IMG/VR virus record: IMGVR_UViG_3300036985_005814
Coordinates: 6,328 to 70,327 of that record
DNA from: a virus
DNA length: 64,000 nt
Reading direction: 5' to 3' (one strand)
Below the pieces are notes generated by a model. That model ran no database searches, was not told where the DNA came from, and was given only the letters and a program-made list of their open reading frames with translations. The position numbers and the translations under genes are program-made. How positions within the stretch are numbered: the stretch's first letter is position 1; every line of letters starts with the position of its first letter. Of the stretch, positions 9,714 through 18,912 are shown piece by piece.

Positions 9714-10004
9714 ATGAGAGTCAAAATGAACAAGGAATTAACGCTACTGATTCCTGACTCTCTTCTACTACAGCTTGAACTTAGGGCGAGAGAGCAGGGG
9801 GTTTCTACGGAAACCCTTTGCCTCTCCCTTCTTTCCAGCGTAAAACAAGAAGAGGATCTGGTGGATCCCTTATACTATCAATCCCTCAGTCACAGTAGCA
9901 TGCGGCTAGAGGTTAACAAAGTAATTCAAAGCCCTCTTTCTCCAGAGGAAGTTCGCAAAAGGCTAAACAGGCTTGAGTTTGAAATTTCCCGTAGATATCG
10001 ATGA
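9714..10004 (+). CDS. small protein with ribbon-helix-helix-like N-terminus
   Basis: LTLLIPDSLLLQLELRAREQGVS pattern. Confidence 0.5.
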   Translation: MRVKMNKELTLLIPDSLLLQLELRAREQGVSTETLCLSLLSSVKQEEDLVDPLYYQSLSHSSMRLEVNKVIQSPLSPEEVRKRLNRLEFEISRRYR

Positions 10005-10378
10005 GCATAACCGAACCCCTTTCACCAAGTATCCGCGGACTTGCATATCCTTTGCGGATTGAAAATGGAAATTTGGCAACAAGTACCGACTATGCGCTGA
10101 TCACGCAACAGATTCGCAGCGTTGTGGAAACACGGTACTACGAGCGTGTAATGCGCGCAAACTACGGTGTTGCAGACAATATCCTAAATGTGATGGATCC
10201 GGGTCAAATTAACTCCGAGTTCCAAGCTTCTATCTCAGCCAATGTTTCTGGTCTGTCCGCCCTGAACGTGAACGGTGACTGGATCACTCAAGGCGACGAT
10301 GGAGTATACCGTGTGTATATTGTCTACGCGGTGAACGGTGTTCCACAACCTCCAATGCAGTTTACTCTGGCAAACTGA
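10001..10378 (+). CDS. baseplate wedge / sheath initiator (gp25/W-like)
   Basis: GLAYPL...IRSVVETRYYERVMRANYG signature. Confidence 0.8.
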   Translation: MSITEPLSPSIRGLAYPLRIENGNLATSTDYALITQQIRSVVETRYYERVMRANYGVADNILNVMDPGQINSEFQASISANVSGLSALNVNGDWITQGDDGVYRVYIVYAVNGVPQPPMQFTLAN

Positions 10379-10539
10379 TGTACTCTTTACAAGAAAAAGA
10401 CGTCCACCGGTTGATCTCGGCTTGCCGGTACTATATGAGCCAAACGTCAAGCGAAAAACTTTATGAAGAGTACTCGCGAATTCTAGACAAGCTAGAAAAT
10501 TACATCTCACAGAATTTTCCTGAAACGCCCCGAGGGTAA
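10378..10539 (+). CDS. small hypothetical protein (53 aa; not in ORF track)
   Basis: MYSLQEKDVHRLISACRYY...KLENYISQNFPETPRG; TGATG overlap with the upstream gene. Confidence 0.65.
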   Translation: MYSLQEKDVHRLISACRYYMSQTSSEKLYEEYSRILDKLENYISQNFPETPRG

Positions 10540-10564
10540 AATAAACCATAAACGCTGTTGCCGT

Positions 10565-11239
10565 GTGAGTTACCTCAAACACTATATCAAACTAATGCGG
10601 AAGGCGGAGTACCGTGGGTGGACGAAAAAGTCTGCCCCGTGCTATGTTGAAGAGCACCACATTTTAATCAAGGCAATTTTTGGGGAGAATGACCGGGTGG
10701 TTTATTTGACGGCGAGGGAGCACTTTATTGCGCATCTGTTGCTGTGGAAGGCATGCCGAAAGCGGTATGGAGTTCAACACTGGAAAACGGCGAAAACTGG
10801 TAAAGCGCTCCAGTCTATGAGCATGAAGTCTAAGTTTACTGTAAACCGTTACGTTCTGAGCTCTCGGGAGTTTGAAATAGCAAGAGTGGCGAATATCGAA
10901 AGTATGCTTGGTGATAATCACTGGAGTAGGCAAGAAGGTGCTGTAAACCCTTTGATTGCCCTGAACAAAGATCCGGTTAGGGCACAGTACATCGGAGAAA
11001 TCAATGGAAAGCGGGAGAAAGAGAAGTGGGATAAAGGGGAGCATCAGTGGCAAGACCCCGAGTTCATCGAAAGCAAGAGGCAACGCATGGTTAATGGGCA
11101 AGCAGCGCTGATGGGGTCAAAAGTAAAAGGAAAACTCTGGTGGAATAACGGAGTGAAACAAACTCGTGCCCTTGAGTGCCCTGGCGAAGGGTGGGTCAGA
11201 GGCAGATTGCCTTTCCCAAAAATGTTCGGAGGTAAGTAA
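10565..11239 (+). CDS. free-standing HNH homing endonuclease
   Basis: EEHHIL...VYLTAREHFIAHLLL; C-terminal WWNNG...PGEGWVRGR. Confidence 0.85.
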   Translation: MSYLKHYIKLMRKAEYRGWTKKSAPCYVEEHHILIKAIFGENDRVVYLTAREHFIAHLLLWKACRKRYGVQHWKTAKTGKALQSMSMKSKFTVNRYVLSSREFEIARVANIESMLGDNHWSRQEGAVNPLIALNKDPVRAQYIGEINGKREKEKWDKGEHQWQDPEFIESKRQRMVNGQAALMGSKVKGKLWWNNGVKQTRALECPGEGWVRGRLPFPKMFGGK

Positions 11240-11240
11240 A

Positions 11241-12680
11241 GTGGCGCAAAGATTCAAAACTGCTCCGGTCCCTAGCGGGGAAGTTGCTCGCTACGTTTCT
11301 GACCCGTATAATTTGTCAAGCATTTACATGTTTGGCAGTTCAAGTCCATTTTCTGGAACGGGCAACACAATCGTCAGACCAAACGACGATCTCCTCATTC
11401 AGAAAGGCGGAAACCGTGCCTTAGCTGTATATCAGCGCCTCCTATATGACGAGCAAGTTCAAGGCTGTTTTGCCAAACTTGTTCAAGAAATTACCTCTCG
11501 CCCCTGGTACATCGAGCAATACAGCGATAAACCGGGCGACGTTGCCGTAAGAGATTTCGTAAGCGAAGTGCTCGAAGAAATTCCGCTGGATGATATTTAT
11601 AAAGGTTTAGCTGAAGCAATCATCTCAGGTTTCTCCGTAGGAGAGGTGATGTGGAAAAAGACGAAGAGAGGCGTAGTCCCGTTCGACGTTCGCATGCGTG
11701 ACCAGCGTCGGTTCGTGTTTCAGGAGAAAGAAGAGGCTCAAACGGGTTTCACAATGCGCTGCCTGACATTCAACCGAATGTTCGAGGGTGTTGAGCTCCC
11801 CAACCGCAAGTTCATCGTTAACCGTTACTGGGTTTCACACAACGGAGACCCCTATGGTGCTGCATTGGGCCGCATCTTGTACCCCCTTGTTAAATTCCGT
11901 CGCAGGGCGATTGAATCTTACGTTCTTTACGGCGACCGGTACGCCACACCGACTGCAGTTGCCAAAGCACCCCTGAGTGCAAGTACGAAAGAAATCGACA
12001 CCTTGTACGATCATCTTTCCAACCTGAGCCAAGAAACGGCAATGATCCTTCCGGAAGGTTACGAGCTGGAATTCGTAACACCCAGCGGAAGCCCCGATGT
12101 ATTTAAGAACCTGATTGACTATATCGACAAAGAAATCAGCGTTCTGATTTGCGGGGAAAATGAAGCGGGCCAAGCTGAAGCTGGCTCTCGGGCCTCTTCT
12201 CAAGTTGCCAATACTGTTCGAGTCGTAAAGGCTTCCGAACTTTCCGAGATTATCTCGCAGACCCTTACGCAAACTCTGGTTCGATGGATTGTAGACCTTA
12301 ACTTCGGAACCGATGTTGCTGCACCCGTTCTCACAAGAGAGTTCCGCATTGAGGAGTCAACTCTGACGATGCCGGACGTTTCTCTGCTCATTCAATCTGG
12401 ATTCACCCCTAAGAAAGAATGGCTGGAACGGCACTTCCGTGTTGAACTGGACGACAAGAAAGAAAGTGGTGGTCCTGCCGATACTTCTTCGGCAACGACT
12501 TACAATCCTGACGAAGATCAGAACCTGTTTGGTTCAATTTTCGGCGACGAAAGTGCAGCACCTTCTGAGGAAACTGCCCTTCCTGCGGAAGAACCGGAAG
12601 ATCCACAAGAAGCCCTCGCTGCTGAGAAAGAAGCTCTGCTTGCTGAGCAAGAAGCTCTCTCTGCTGAAGAAGAAGGGTAA
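11241..12680 (+). CDS. portal protein (Mu gp29/DUF935-like)
   Basis: GFSVGEVMW, PYGAALGRILY, GSRASSQV motifs; probable GTG start at 11241; acidic tail. Confidence 0.88.
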   Translation: MAQRFKTAPVPSGEVARYVSDPYNLSSIYMFGSSSPFSGTGNTIVRPNDDLLIQKGGNRALAVYQRLLYDEQVQGCFAKLVQEITSRPWYIEQYSDKPGDVAVRDFVSEVLEEIPLDDIYKGLAEAIISGFSVGEVMWKKTKRGVVPFDVRMRDQRRFVFQEKEEAQTGFTMRCLTFNRMFEGVELPNRKFIVNRYWVSHNGDPYGAALGRILYPLVKFRRRAIESYVLYGDRYATPTAVAKAPLSASTKEIDTLYDHLSNLSQETAMILPEGYELEFVTPSGSPDVFKNLIDYIDKEISVLICGENEAGQAEAGSRASSQVANTVRVVKASELSEIISQTLTQTLVRWIVDLNFGTDVAAPVLTREFRIEESTLTMPDVSLLIQSGFTPKKEWLERHFRVELDDKKESGGPADTSSATTYNPDEDQNLFGSIFGDESAAPSEETALPAEEPEDPQEALAAEKEALLAEQEALSAEEEG

Positions 12681-12708
12681 AAAATGTTATCAGATCCCCT
12701 TATAGACT

Positions 12709-15108
12709 GTGTTCACTAAAAGAATTCACGTATTTCGTGCGGGTGATCAGACCTCTGCTCAAGGAATTAAGCGGACATTCTCTCCGGAAGATCTTCAGCA
12801 AGTTGTCGACACATACGACCCCTCGGTCCATGAAGCCCCTATAGTTCTTGGCCACCAAGGGGACAACGACAGCTTGCCTTCTTTCGGGTGGATCCAAGGA
12901 TTTTCAAGAGAAGGGCAAAATCTTTACGCTGATGTCTCTTTTACTGACACGGCGAAAGATCTGGTCAAAGACGGTCACTACCGTAAAGTTTCAATCTCTT
13001 TCTATTCCCCTGATAGTCAAATCAACCCGCACGGGGGGAAATGGAGCGCCAGACATCTAGCATTGCTGGGGGCCTCTCCCCCGGCGGTGAAAGGTCTTGA
13101 GCCTTTCTCTTTTGTCGAGAAAGAGGGATGTTTTGACTTTGCTGTTACCCTCACCCCTGACCAAATTTTCGACGACGAACTTGGCCCCACCTTGATCGTT
13201 GAGAAAAGCCCGTTAGAGGTTCTTCGCGAGAAACTTGAAGAAGTACGACAGGATGTTTCATCCGCCGTTAAAGATCTTCAAGAATCGAACGACGAGCAGA
13301 AAGAAACGGGTGTGGACCAAGCGGCTGGAGCCGAAGTCCAGGCCGAAACTGCTAGCCCCGACGAAAACCAACAGTTTGCGGAGGGTTCGAAACAATCCAA
13401 ACGAAACATCAAAACCAACGAAATCACTCAGCAAACGGCTGAACTTGAAGACCAATTCCCAGAGGAACAATTTATGGAAGACGGAAAAATCAGCCGTAAG
13501 CACGCCAAAGGTGCCCACGGCCAAGTAATGCAAGTCGTAGAAAACGTTTACGACGAGCAACACAAAGAGCTGCCTCCAGCTCTGAAAGCTAAAGCGGAAG
13601 AAATGAAGGCCAAAGCCAAGGCTCACCCTGGCGAAAAAGTCGAGATGGAAGAAGGCGACGAAATGGATTATGACGAGACCGGTCGTTATGACACCGCTCG
13701 TTCTTCCGACAACGGTTACGCTGACCGCATGAAAACCGGTAAGGAAGGCAAGGGTGGCGTTGGCGATGATCGCATGCACACTGCTAAAAGCGGTGAGCAG
13801 GAAGCCGATCGCGTTAGCGTTGCCAAAAACTCCGAGCAAGACTCTGATCGCAAGAAGACTGCTAAGGACGGCTCCGATAATGCCACTGGCGAATCTCGCT
13901 GGGCTGGTCAAGCTGATGCCGAAGACCGCACCATGAACGGTGACCAATACGACACAGACGCTGATAGCTACCCTGAACCGAACCAGCCTAAGACTGCCTC
14001 CGGCGCTAATCCCGCTGGTCGTGAAGACTCTGATACCAAGATTCCTACCGAAACTGAGGAATCCCCCGACAATGAAGTATTCGCAGTCAGCACCATCAAC
14101 GTAATGTCTGATGGCAGCATGCGCGTAATGCGTCAAAAGAGCAGCGACGGTCGTCAAGCTACCAAGGGTGGCAAGATTGACCACGCCGAGCCCGAAGCAG
14201 ACGAAGTAACTTCTGAGCTGGGCGTAACTGCCATGGGCGAAGTTGACGATCTGACTCAAGGCAAAGCCAAGATCAAGAAGGGTCAACTGGAGCCTGGTCA
14301 GTTTGAAGGCGGAGTTGCCGAAGTAACTGGCCCCGATGGTGTGTTCGCCGAGGGTTACAAGGGAGAGAAGAAAGCTTCTAAGAAGCAACTTACTCCTGGT
14401 GCGATGGATGAGATTGACGAGGCCGCCCAAGTTGTTGGTCCCGAAGGCGCATTCGCCGAGGACAATCTGAGCGGTGAGTTTGAAGGTGGTCCGAACCAGA
14501 AGACTAAGCGTTCCGGCGGTGTGTTCGCTGAAGAGCACGGTGAGAAGAAGAACCCTTACACCAAGACTGGGTTCGGTTCCACCTACGACGAAGATGGCGA
14601 CGACGCCGACGAAGAAGATTACAACGAGCTTTCCGCTGACCATTGCGGAATGGATTACGGCATGGGTTCAATGGCCCAAGCTAAGCCAGATGGTTTCCCC
14701 TCCGCCATCTTCGAGGAGCTGGATCGCCTGAAGAAAGAGCACTCTGAACTGCAGCGTCGTTACGCTGAAGAGAAGATGAACGCCCGCAAGGCCAAGATTG
14801 CCTCATTCGTTGAGTCGCTCTACGAAGAAGGTCGTCTGACCGACGGTATCATGTCTCAGTCTGAGCTGCAAAGCTACTGCGAAGGTCTTGACTTCGGTAC
14901 TCTGGAGTTCTCTGAAGGTGAAACTGCTGCCACCAAACTGCTTGGTCTGCTGAGCAAACTTCCTCCGATGGTTTCCTACAGCGAAATCGCTGGTGGAACT
15001 TTCCAATACGCCGAGGAAGATCTGGATCCCCACGCAAAAGCTCTGAAACTGGTTGAATCCGAAGGAATCGACTACGTTGAAGCGATCAAGCGTACGATGT
15101 ACAGCTGA
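12709..15108 (+). CDS. prohead protease-scaffold fusion (Mu gpI-like)
   Basis: EAPIVLGH, GWI, YRKVSISFY, HLALLGASPPAVKGL; long acidic scaffold region. Confidence 0.85.
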   Translation: MFTKRIHVFRAGDQTSAQGIKRTFSPEDLQQVVDTYDPSVHEAPIVLGHQGDNDSLPSFGWIQGFSREGQNLYADVSFTDTAKDLVKDGHYRKVSISFYSPDSQINPHGGKWSARHLALLGASPPAVKGLEPFSFVEKEGCFDFAVTLTPDQIFDDELGPTLIVEKSPLEVLREKLEEVRQDVSSAVKDLQESNDEQKETGVDQAAGAEVQAETASPDENQQFAEGSKQSKRNIKTNEITQQTAELEDQFPEEQFMEDGKISRKHAKGAHGQVMQVVENVYDEQHKELPPALKAKAEEMKAKAKAHPGEKVEMEEGDEMDYDETGRYDTARSSDNGYADRMKTGKEGKGGVGDDRMHTAKSGEQEADRVSVAKNSEQDSDRKKTAKDGSDNATGESRWAGQADAEDRTMNGDQYDTDADSYPEPNQPKTASGANPAGREDSDTKIPTETEESPDNEVFAVSTINVMSDGSMRVMRQKSSDGRQATKGGKIDHAEPEADEVTSELGVTAMGEVDDLTQGKAKIKKGQLEPGQFEGGVAEVTGPDGVFAEGYKGEKKASKKQLTPGAMDEIDEAAQVVGPEGAFAEDNLSGEFEGGPNQKTKRSGGVFAEEHGEKKNPYTKTGFGSTYDEDGDDADEEDYNELSADHCGMDYGMGSMAQAKPDGFPSAIFEELDRLKKEHSELQRRYAEEKMNARKAKIASFVESLYEEGRLTDGIMSQSELQSYCEGLDFGTLEFSEGETAATKLLGLLSKLPPMVSYSEIAGGTFQYAEEDLDPHAKALKLVESEGIDYVEAIKRTMYS

Positions 15109-15116
15109 GGATTGAA

Positions 15117-15770
15117 ATGGATCTCCTCTCTTTGATTGGCATGGCCACGAAACGGAGGGGAGATTATTTCACCCAAGCCGAGGCTCTTCGAAAGAAAGTG
15201 AACTCTCAAGTCGAGCTTGAAGAGCGCATGACCGAGGAATCAAAAGTTTTGGTGAAAGGTCTTCGCGACAAGCAAATGAGGTGGGAGGAGTACGAAAGAT
15301 CTTTACTAGATAAAACTCTCACCTCTGCTCTCGCCGCTGTCAACCTCGGCGCCGAGGACATCAACCCTCGCGGTAAAATGGAACGAGCGTGGCCCACAAT
15401 CGTTGGCGAAATGCTTCCTCCCCTTTATGAATTTTTGGTTGAAACAAAAGACGCACTCGACAACGGGAGAATTCTGTTGGGCGACAAAACACAAGATTTC
15501 GGCGAAGTCACGAGTTGGCCTGGGTTGCTGATTCGCGTCATTCGCTATGTAGCGAATCCTTCCTACTCTTTCTTCAACCTCGGTCAATACTACGTTCGAC
15601 AAGATCAAGGATACCGAGAAATGCGGAGAGTTCCAAAACTTGATTCAAGAACTTGCTCCGATTGCGTTATGTTTGGTCGCCTTGGCTGGCAACCTCTGGG
15701 AACCCTTCCGATGCCAGGCAAAGAATGTCAATGCTACGACCGTTGCCGCTGTAGTATTGAATACCGTTAA
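15117..15770 (+). CDS. head morphogenesis protein (Mu gpF-like)
   Basis: C-terminal DSRTCSDC...PMPG..CQC.DRCRC; located in the head module. Confidence 0.6.
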   Translation: MDLLSLIGMATKRRGDYFTQAEALRKKVNSQVELEERMTEESKVLVKGLRDKQMRWEEYERSLLDKTLTSALAAVNLGAEDINPRGKMERAWPTIVGEMLPPLYEFLVETKDALDNGRILLGDKTQDFGEVTSWPGLLIRVIRYVANPSYSFFNLGQYYVRQDQGYREMRRVPKLDSRTCSDCVMFGRLGWQPLGTLPMPGKECQCYDRCRCSIEYR

Positions 15771-15856
15771 GGGTAAAACTATTGAGTTTAACTGGGTTAA
15801 AAACAAGCCCCAGAGCAAACAAAAAACATTGAAGTCCACTCTCTTAGGATAAAAAC

Positions 15857-16336
15857 ATGGCTACAAACGCAGGTCCCGTATACGGCCGCCAGTACATCCG
15901 TTACGCAGAAACTTTCGAAGCTCCTGCTGACAATCAAGATGGCGATCCCGGTGTTGTTGAAATCGGCGAGTTCCGCGCCGTTTCTTACGCAACTTGGGCT
16001 GGCCCTAACTTCGCTGCTGCCCCCGATGCTTTCACTACCCCCGGTAGTGTAACAACCATCGTTGGTATCAACCAGGCTTACATGCCTACCGCTCTGGCTC
16101 AGCCTTACACCGCTCGTCAGCTGACCGTTGCTACTTCCGGTCTTCTGCTGGTTGAAGTTGCCCCTGCTGCAACTCTGACCGCTCTGACCCTCAATACTCA
16201 GCTCGAGATCAACTCCCTTGGTCAAGCTGTTGCCGCCGCCGACGGAACCCCCGTCACCCTGGACGGCACCACACCTCTGATTCGCGAGCAAATCGGAATC
16301 GGCGGTCGCAAGTTCGTTCTCGTTTCTTTCGCTTGA
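15857..16336 (+). CDS. capsid cement/decoration protein (DUF2190-like)
   Basis: Small beta-rich protein (LTVATSGLLLVE...GQAV) directly upstream of the major capsid gene. Confidence 0.6.
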   Translation: MATNAGPVYGRQYIRYAETFEAPADNQDGDPGVVEIGEFRAVSYATWAGPNFAAAPDAFTTPGSVTTIVGINQAYMPTALAQPYTARQLTVATSGLLLVEVAPAATLTALTLNTQLEINSLGQAVAAADGTPVTLDGTTPLIREQIGIGGRKFVLVSFA

Positions 16337-16346
16337 TAACTAACTT

Positions 16347-16380
16347 CAGTTGGGCATCCTCCGGGTGTAAGTCCCAACTG
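16347..16380 (+). other. intergenic RNA hairpin upstream of the capsid gene
   Basis: CAGTTGGG...CCCAACTG 8-bp stem enclosing CATCC-TCCG-GGTG. Confidence 0.5.
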
Positions 16381-16428
16381 TGGTTTAACCATTTGAAGTC
16401 GTTTAATCCCCATTAGGAGAATACTCCC

Positions 16429-18371
16429 ATGATGAATCGAGTTGGTTCCCACCGGAAGTGATTCCGGATGGAAAATCGGGTGAATTGCTGGGACCCCCTA
16501 ACGTTTAGTCGAGGGAAATCAGCAGCCAAGTTTACTTCGGGTAACCTATTGTATAATAGGTTTGAAGTAAAAAGGTTCAACGACTAGAAAGTGACTTACC
16601 CAAGAATAAACTTTCCACGAGTGCCCGACGCTCGGATCGATCACTACTTCAATCGTTATCTTCGTATCTGTTGCTCTCTTCTTGACATTGGTCGAAAGAA
16701 GCGAAAAGGTGATTTCCTTGAGAAACACCGAATCTTTCCGGGGTCCCTCGGTGGAGACTATGGTGAGGAGAATGTTGTGATAGTTACACGAAGAGAGCAT
16801 GCTCTTCTTCATTTGTTACTTCACAAATCTTTCCCAGAACACAGGAAAATAGCGCAATGTGCCGCTATCATGTGTGGTTCAAAAGGCTCAAAAACCTACA
16901 AATCGCTTGCTTACATCCAGGGCTGTGAGGAAAAATCTAAACTCATAGCCGAGTCGAACAAAAGAAGGAAAGTCACCTGGGGTGACAAGATCTCTCAATC
17001 TTTGAAAGGTCAAGAGAAAACAGAAACTCATCGAGACAAGATCGGTAGATCTATGCGTAAGGTTTGGGAAACCGACCCTTCAATGAGAGACCGGTGTTCT
17101 CGAAAAGGTTCCAAACACACTGACGAGTCAAAACAAAAAACAAGTGAAAAAATCTCTCGTCAAAAATGGTACTGGAAGATAGAAGATGAAGTCGTGATTA
17201 GAACTCGGTCGGAAAAACACCCTGGGGATGGGTGGAGCCGAGGAAAAAATCCGAGATGATGATATAGTCTGACCTCACGCGAAATCGTGAGAAGTGGTGA
17301 ATAAAGAGTCATCACGATAACAAAGTGCTCCAGCAAACCTATGCTGGCGTAGATCCGATTCTGACTACGCTCGCACAAGGTTTCATGCTTCCGGCGACTA
17401 ATATCGCCAACTTTATTGCCCCTGTTGTTGACACCCCGACTCGTGCTGGCCGCATTCTGCGCTTCGGCAAAGAGCAATTCGCCATCAACGATTTCCGTCG
17501 TGCGTACGGAACCAACATTCCGTTCGTTCAAAGCCGTTACGATGCTGAGCCTTACGCGCTCGAGCAAGAAGTCGTGGCTTGGGAACTGCCCGAAGAAGTC
17601 ATCGAGAACGCTGGCGAAGGTCCTGCTCAGGTTGATCTGCGTGCGATCGAAACTCGCAACGCTATGAGCCGCCTGATGAATGCTTACGAGTACACTGTAA
17701 GCCAGGCTGTAACCGTAACCGCTGGTTACAACCCTTACGAGCCTTCTGCTGGTGCTGGCACTCAAACAGGTCTGGGTTTCACAACCTGGGCTAACTTCAA
17801 CACCGCCTACGGTTCTGCTACTGGCCCTTCGGCTTGGTCTTCACTGACTTCCAACCCGATCGAGGACATCCTGACCCTGAAGCGTTCGGTTGCCAACCAG
17901 ATTGGTATTCGCCCGAACTCGATGGTTCTGGGAACCGCTGTGTTTGACCAACTGCTGACCAACCAAGCGATCCTTGAGCGCATCAAGTACACGACTGCCG
18001 ATTCAATCGACACAGATCTTCTGGCTCGTTACTTCGGTCTTGAGCGTGGTCTGCGCGTTGCTGAAGGTCGTTATCTTGCCACCGATGGCACCCTGCAGCC
18101 TGTGTTCCCTTCAAACGGAATCCTGCTGTTCTACAGCCCCAATGGTCCTTCAGACAGCGTAATGCCTGCTGGTGGCGCTAACGCTGCTACCCCTGCTTTC
18201 GCCTACACCTATCAGCTGACCGGCACCCCTGCTGTGCGCCCCGAGTACTACATTCGTGAGCGTCGCGTGGTTCGTGCTGAAATCACTGTTGAGCGTGTTG
18301 TTAACCTGGTTGGCCTTGGCGCTACGGGTCTTATCGGTTCTGGTGCGATGATCTCCAACATTCTTGGTTGA
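16429..18371 (+). CDS. major capsid protein, spliced: join(16429..16437,17328..18371), 350 aa
   Basis: SD AGGAGA then ATG ATG AAT; splicing gives MMNLQQTYAGVDPILTTLAQG...; sequence resembles capsid proteins of Mu-related head modules and the gene position fits. Confidence 0.85.
16438..17327 (+). ncRNA. group I self-splicing intron
   Basis: P GAATTGCTGGGA, Q AATCAGCAGCCAAG, R GGTTCAACGACTAG, S GATATAGTCT; P7 GACTA/TAGTC; P1 GAAU/GUUC with U-G at the 5' splice site; terminal G at 17327. Confidence 0.92.
16591..17259 (+). CDS. intron-encoded HNH homing endonuclease
   Basis: EKHRIFPGSLGG...NVVIVTRREHALLH plus NUMOD3-like repeats (KHTDESKQK); lies between intron elements R and S. Confidence 0.88.
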   Translation: MTYPRINFPRVPDARIDHYFNRYLRICCSLLDIGRKKRKGDFLEKHRIFPGSLGGDYGEENVVIVTRREHALLHLLLHKSFPEHRKIAQCAAIMCGSKGSKTYKSLAYIQGCEEKSKLIAESNKRRKVTWGDKISQSLKGQEKTETHRDKIGRSMRKVWETDPSMRDRCSRKGSKHTDESKQKTSEKISRQKWYWKIEDEVVIRTRSEKHPGDGWSRGKNPR

Positions 18372-18399
18372 TCCAAGAAATACTTAAGGAGGTATCATC

Positions 18400-18843
18400 A
18401 TGGCTATTTTAAGACCGATTACCAAATCGCAGTACGAGGTTTCTTTCTCCGCCCTTGGGGGACCCACTTTTACAGCGGTGTTCACCAAGTTCAGCGGCGT
18501 GAAAGATTCTGCCGAAGACAGCCGGTACGCGAACGGATCTGGCAACAGACTGTACCACGTTATTGGCCCACGCACTGCGGATGACGTGACTTTGGAAGCC
18601 CCGTACGATCCCGCCATCTTCAAACAACTGGAACAGTTCTGGCTTTCCTACAACTGCGAAGACATTACGGTTACCGTAACCCCTAAAGACTGCACCGGTG
18701 CCGGTGGAGCAGTGGGTGGTGGCCAATACGTTCTTTACGGTTGCCAGTACAAGTCAATCACAACCGCTGATGTAGATCGCGAAAGCGGAAACGTACAGAC
18801 GATCGAGTGTGCGTTCACGGTGAACTACTGGGAGCGTGTTTGA
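18400..18843 (+). CDS. tail tube protein
   Basis: 147 aa, SD AGGAGG; FTKFSG...DVTLEAPYDP...DVDRESGNVQTIECAFTV tube-like pattern. Confidence 0.7.
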   Translation: MAILRPITKSQYEVSFSALGGPTFTAVFTKFSGVKDSAEDSRYANGSGNRLYHVIGPRTADDVTLEAPYDPAIFKQLEQFWLSYNCEDITVTVTPKDCTGAGGAVGGGQYVLYGCQYKSITTADVDRESGNVQTIECAFTVNYWERV

Positions 18844-18852
18844 ACTACTGGG
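18821..18852 (+). repeat. 12-bp direct repeat TGAACTACTGGG
   Basis: Copies at 18821-18832 and 18841-18852, at the tube gene/HNH junction. Confidence 0.8.
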
Positions 18853-18880
18853 TTTACCTTTTAGTTTACTTTCCTATAAT

Positions 18881-18912
18881 GCCTTCAAGAGTTACCTCTT
18901 GGAGGCTTTTTT
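18881..18912 (+). terminator. intrinsic terminator hairpin that also contains the HNH ribosome-binding site
   Basis: GCCTTCAAGAG-TTAC-CTCTTGGAGGC (11-bp stem) followed by TTTTTT. Confidence 0.8.

Noticed and set aside
1179-14643. Long antisense ORFs (1179-2513, 5839-6978, 13258-14643 and similar)
   Set aside because: They shadow well-supported plus-strand genes, show no motifs, and are expected from codon bias
17325-17327. GTG as the start of the major capsid protein
   Set aside because: No SD; its last G is the intron's terminal G, and the SD-bearing ATG at 16429 splices in frame
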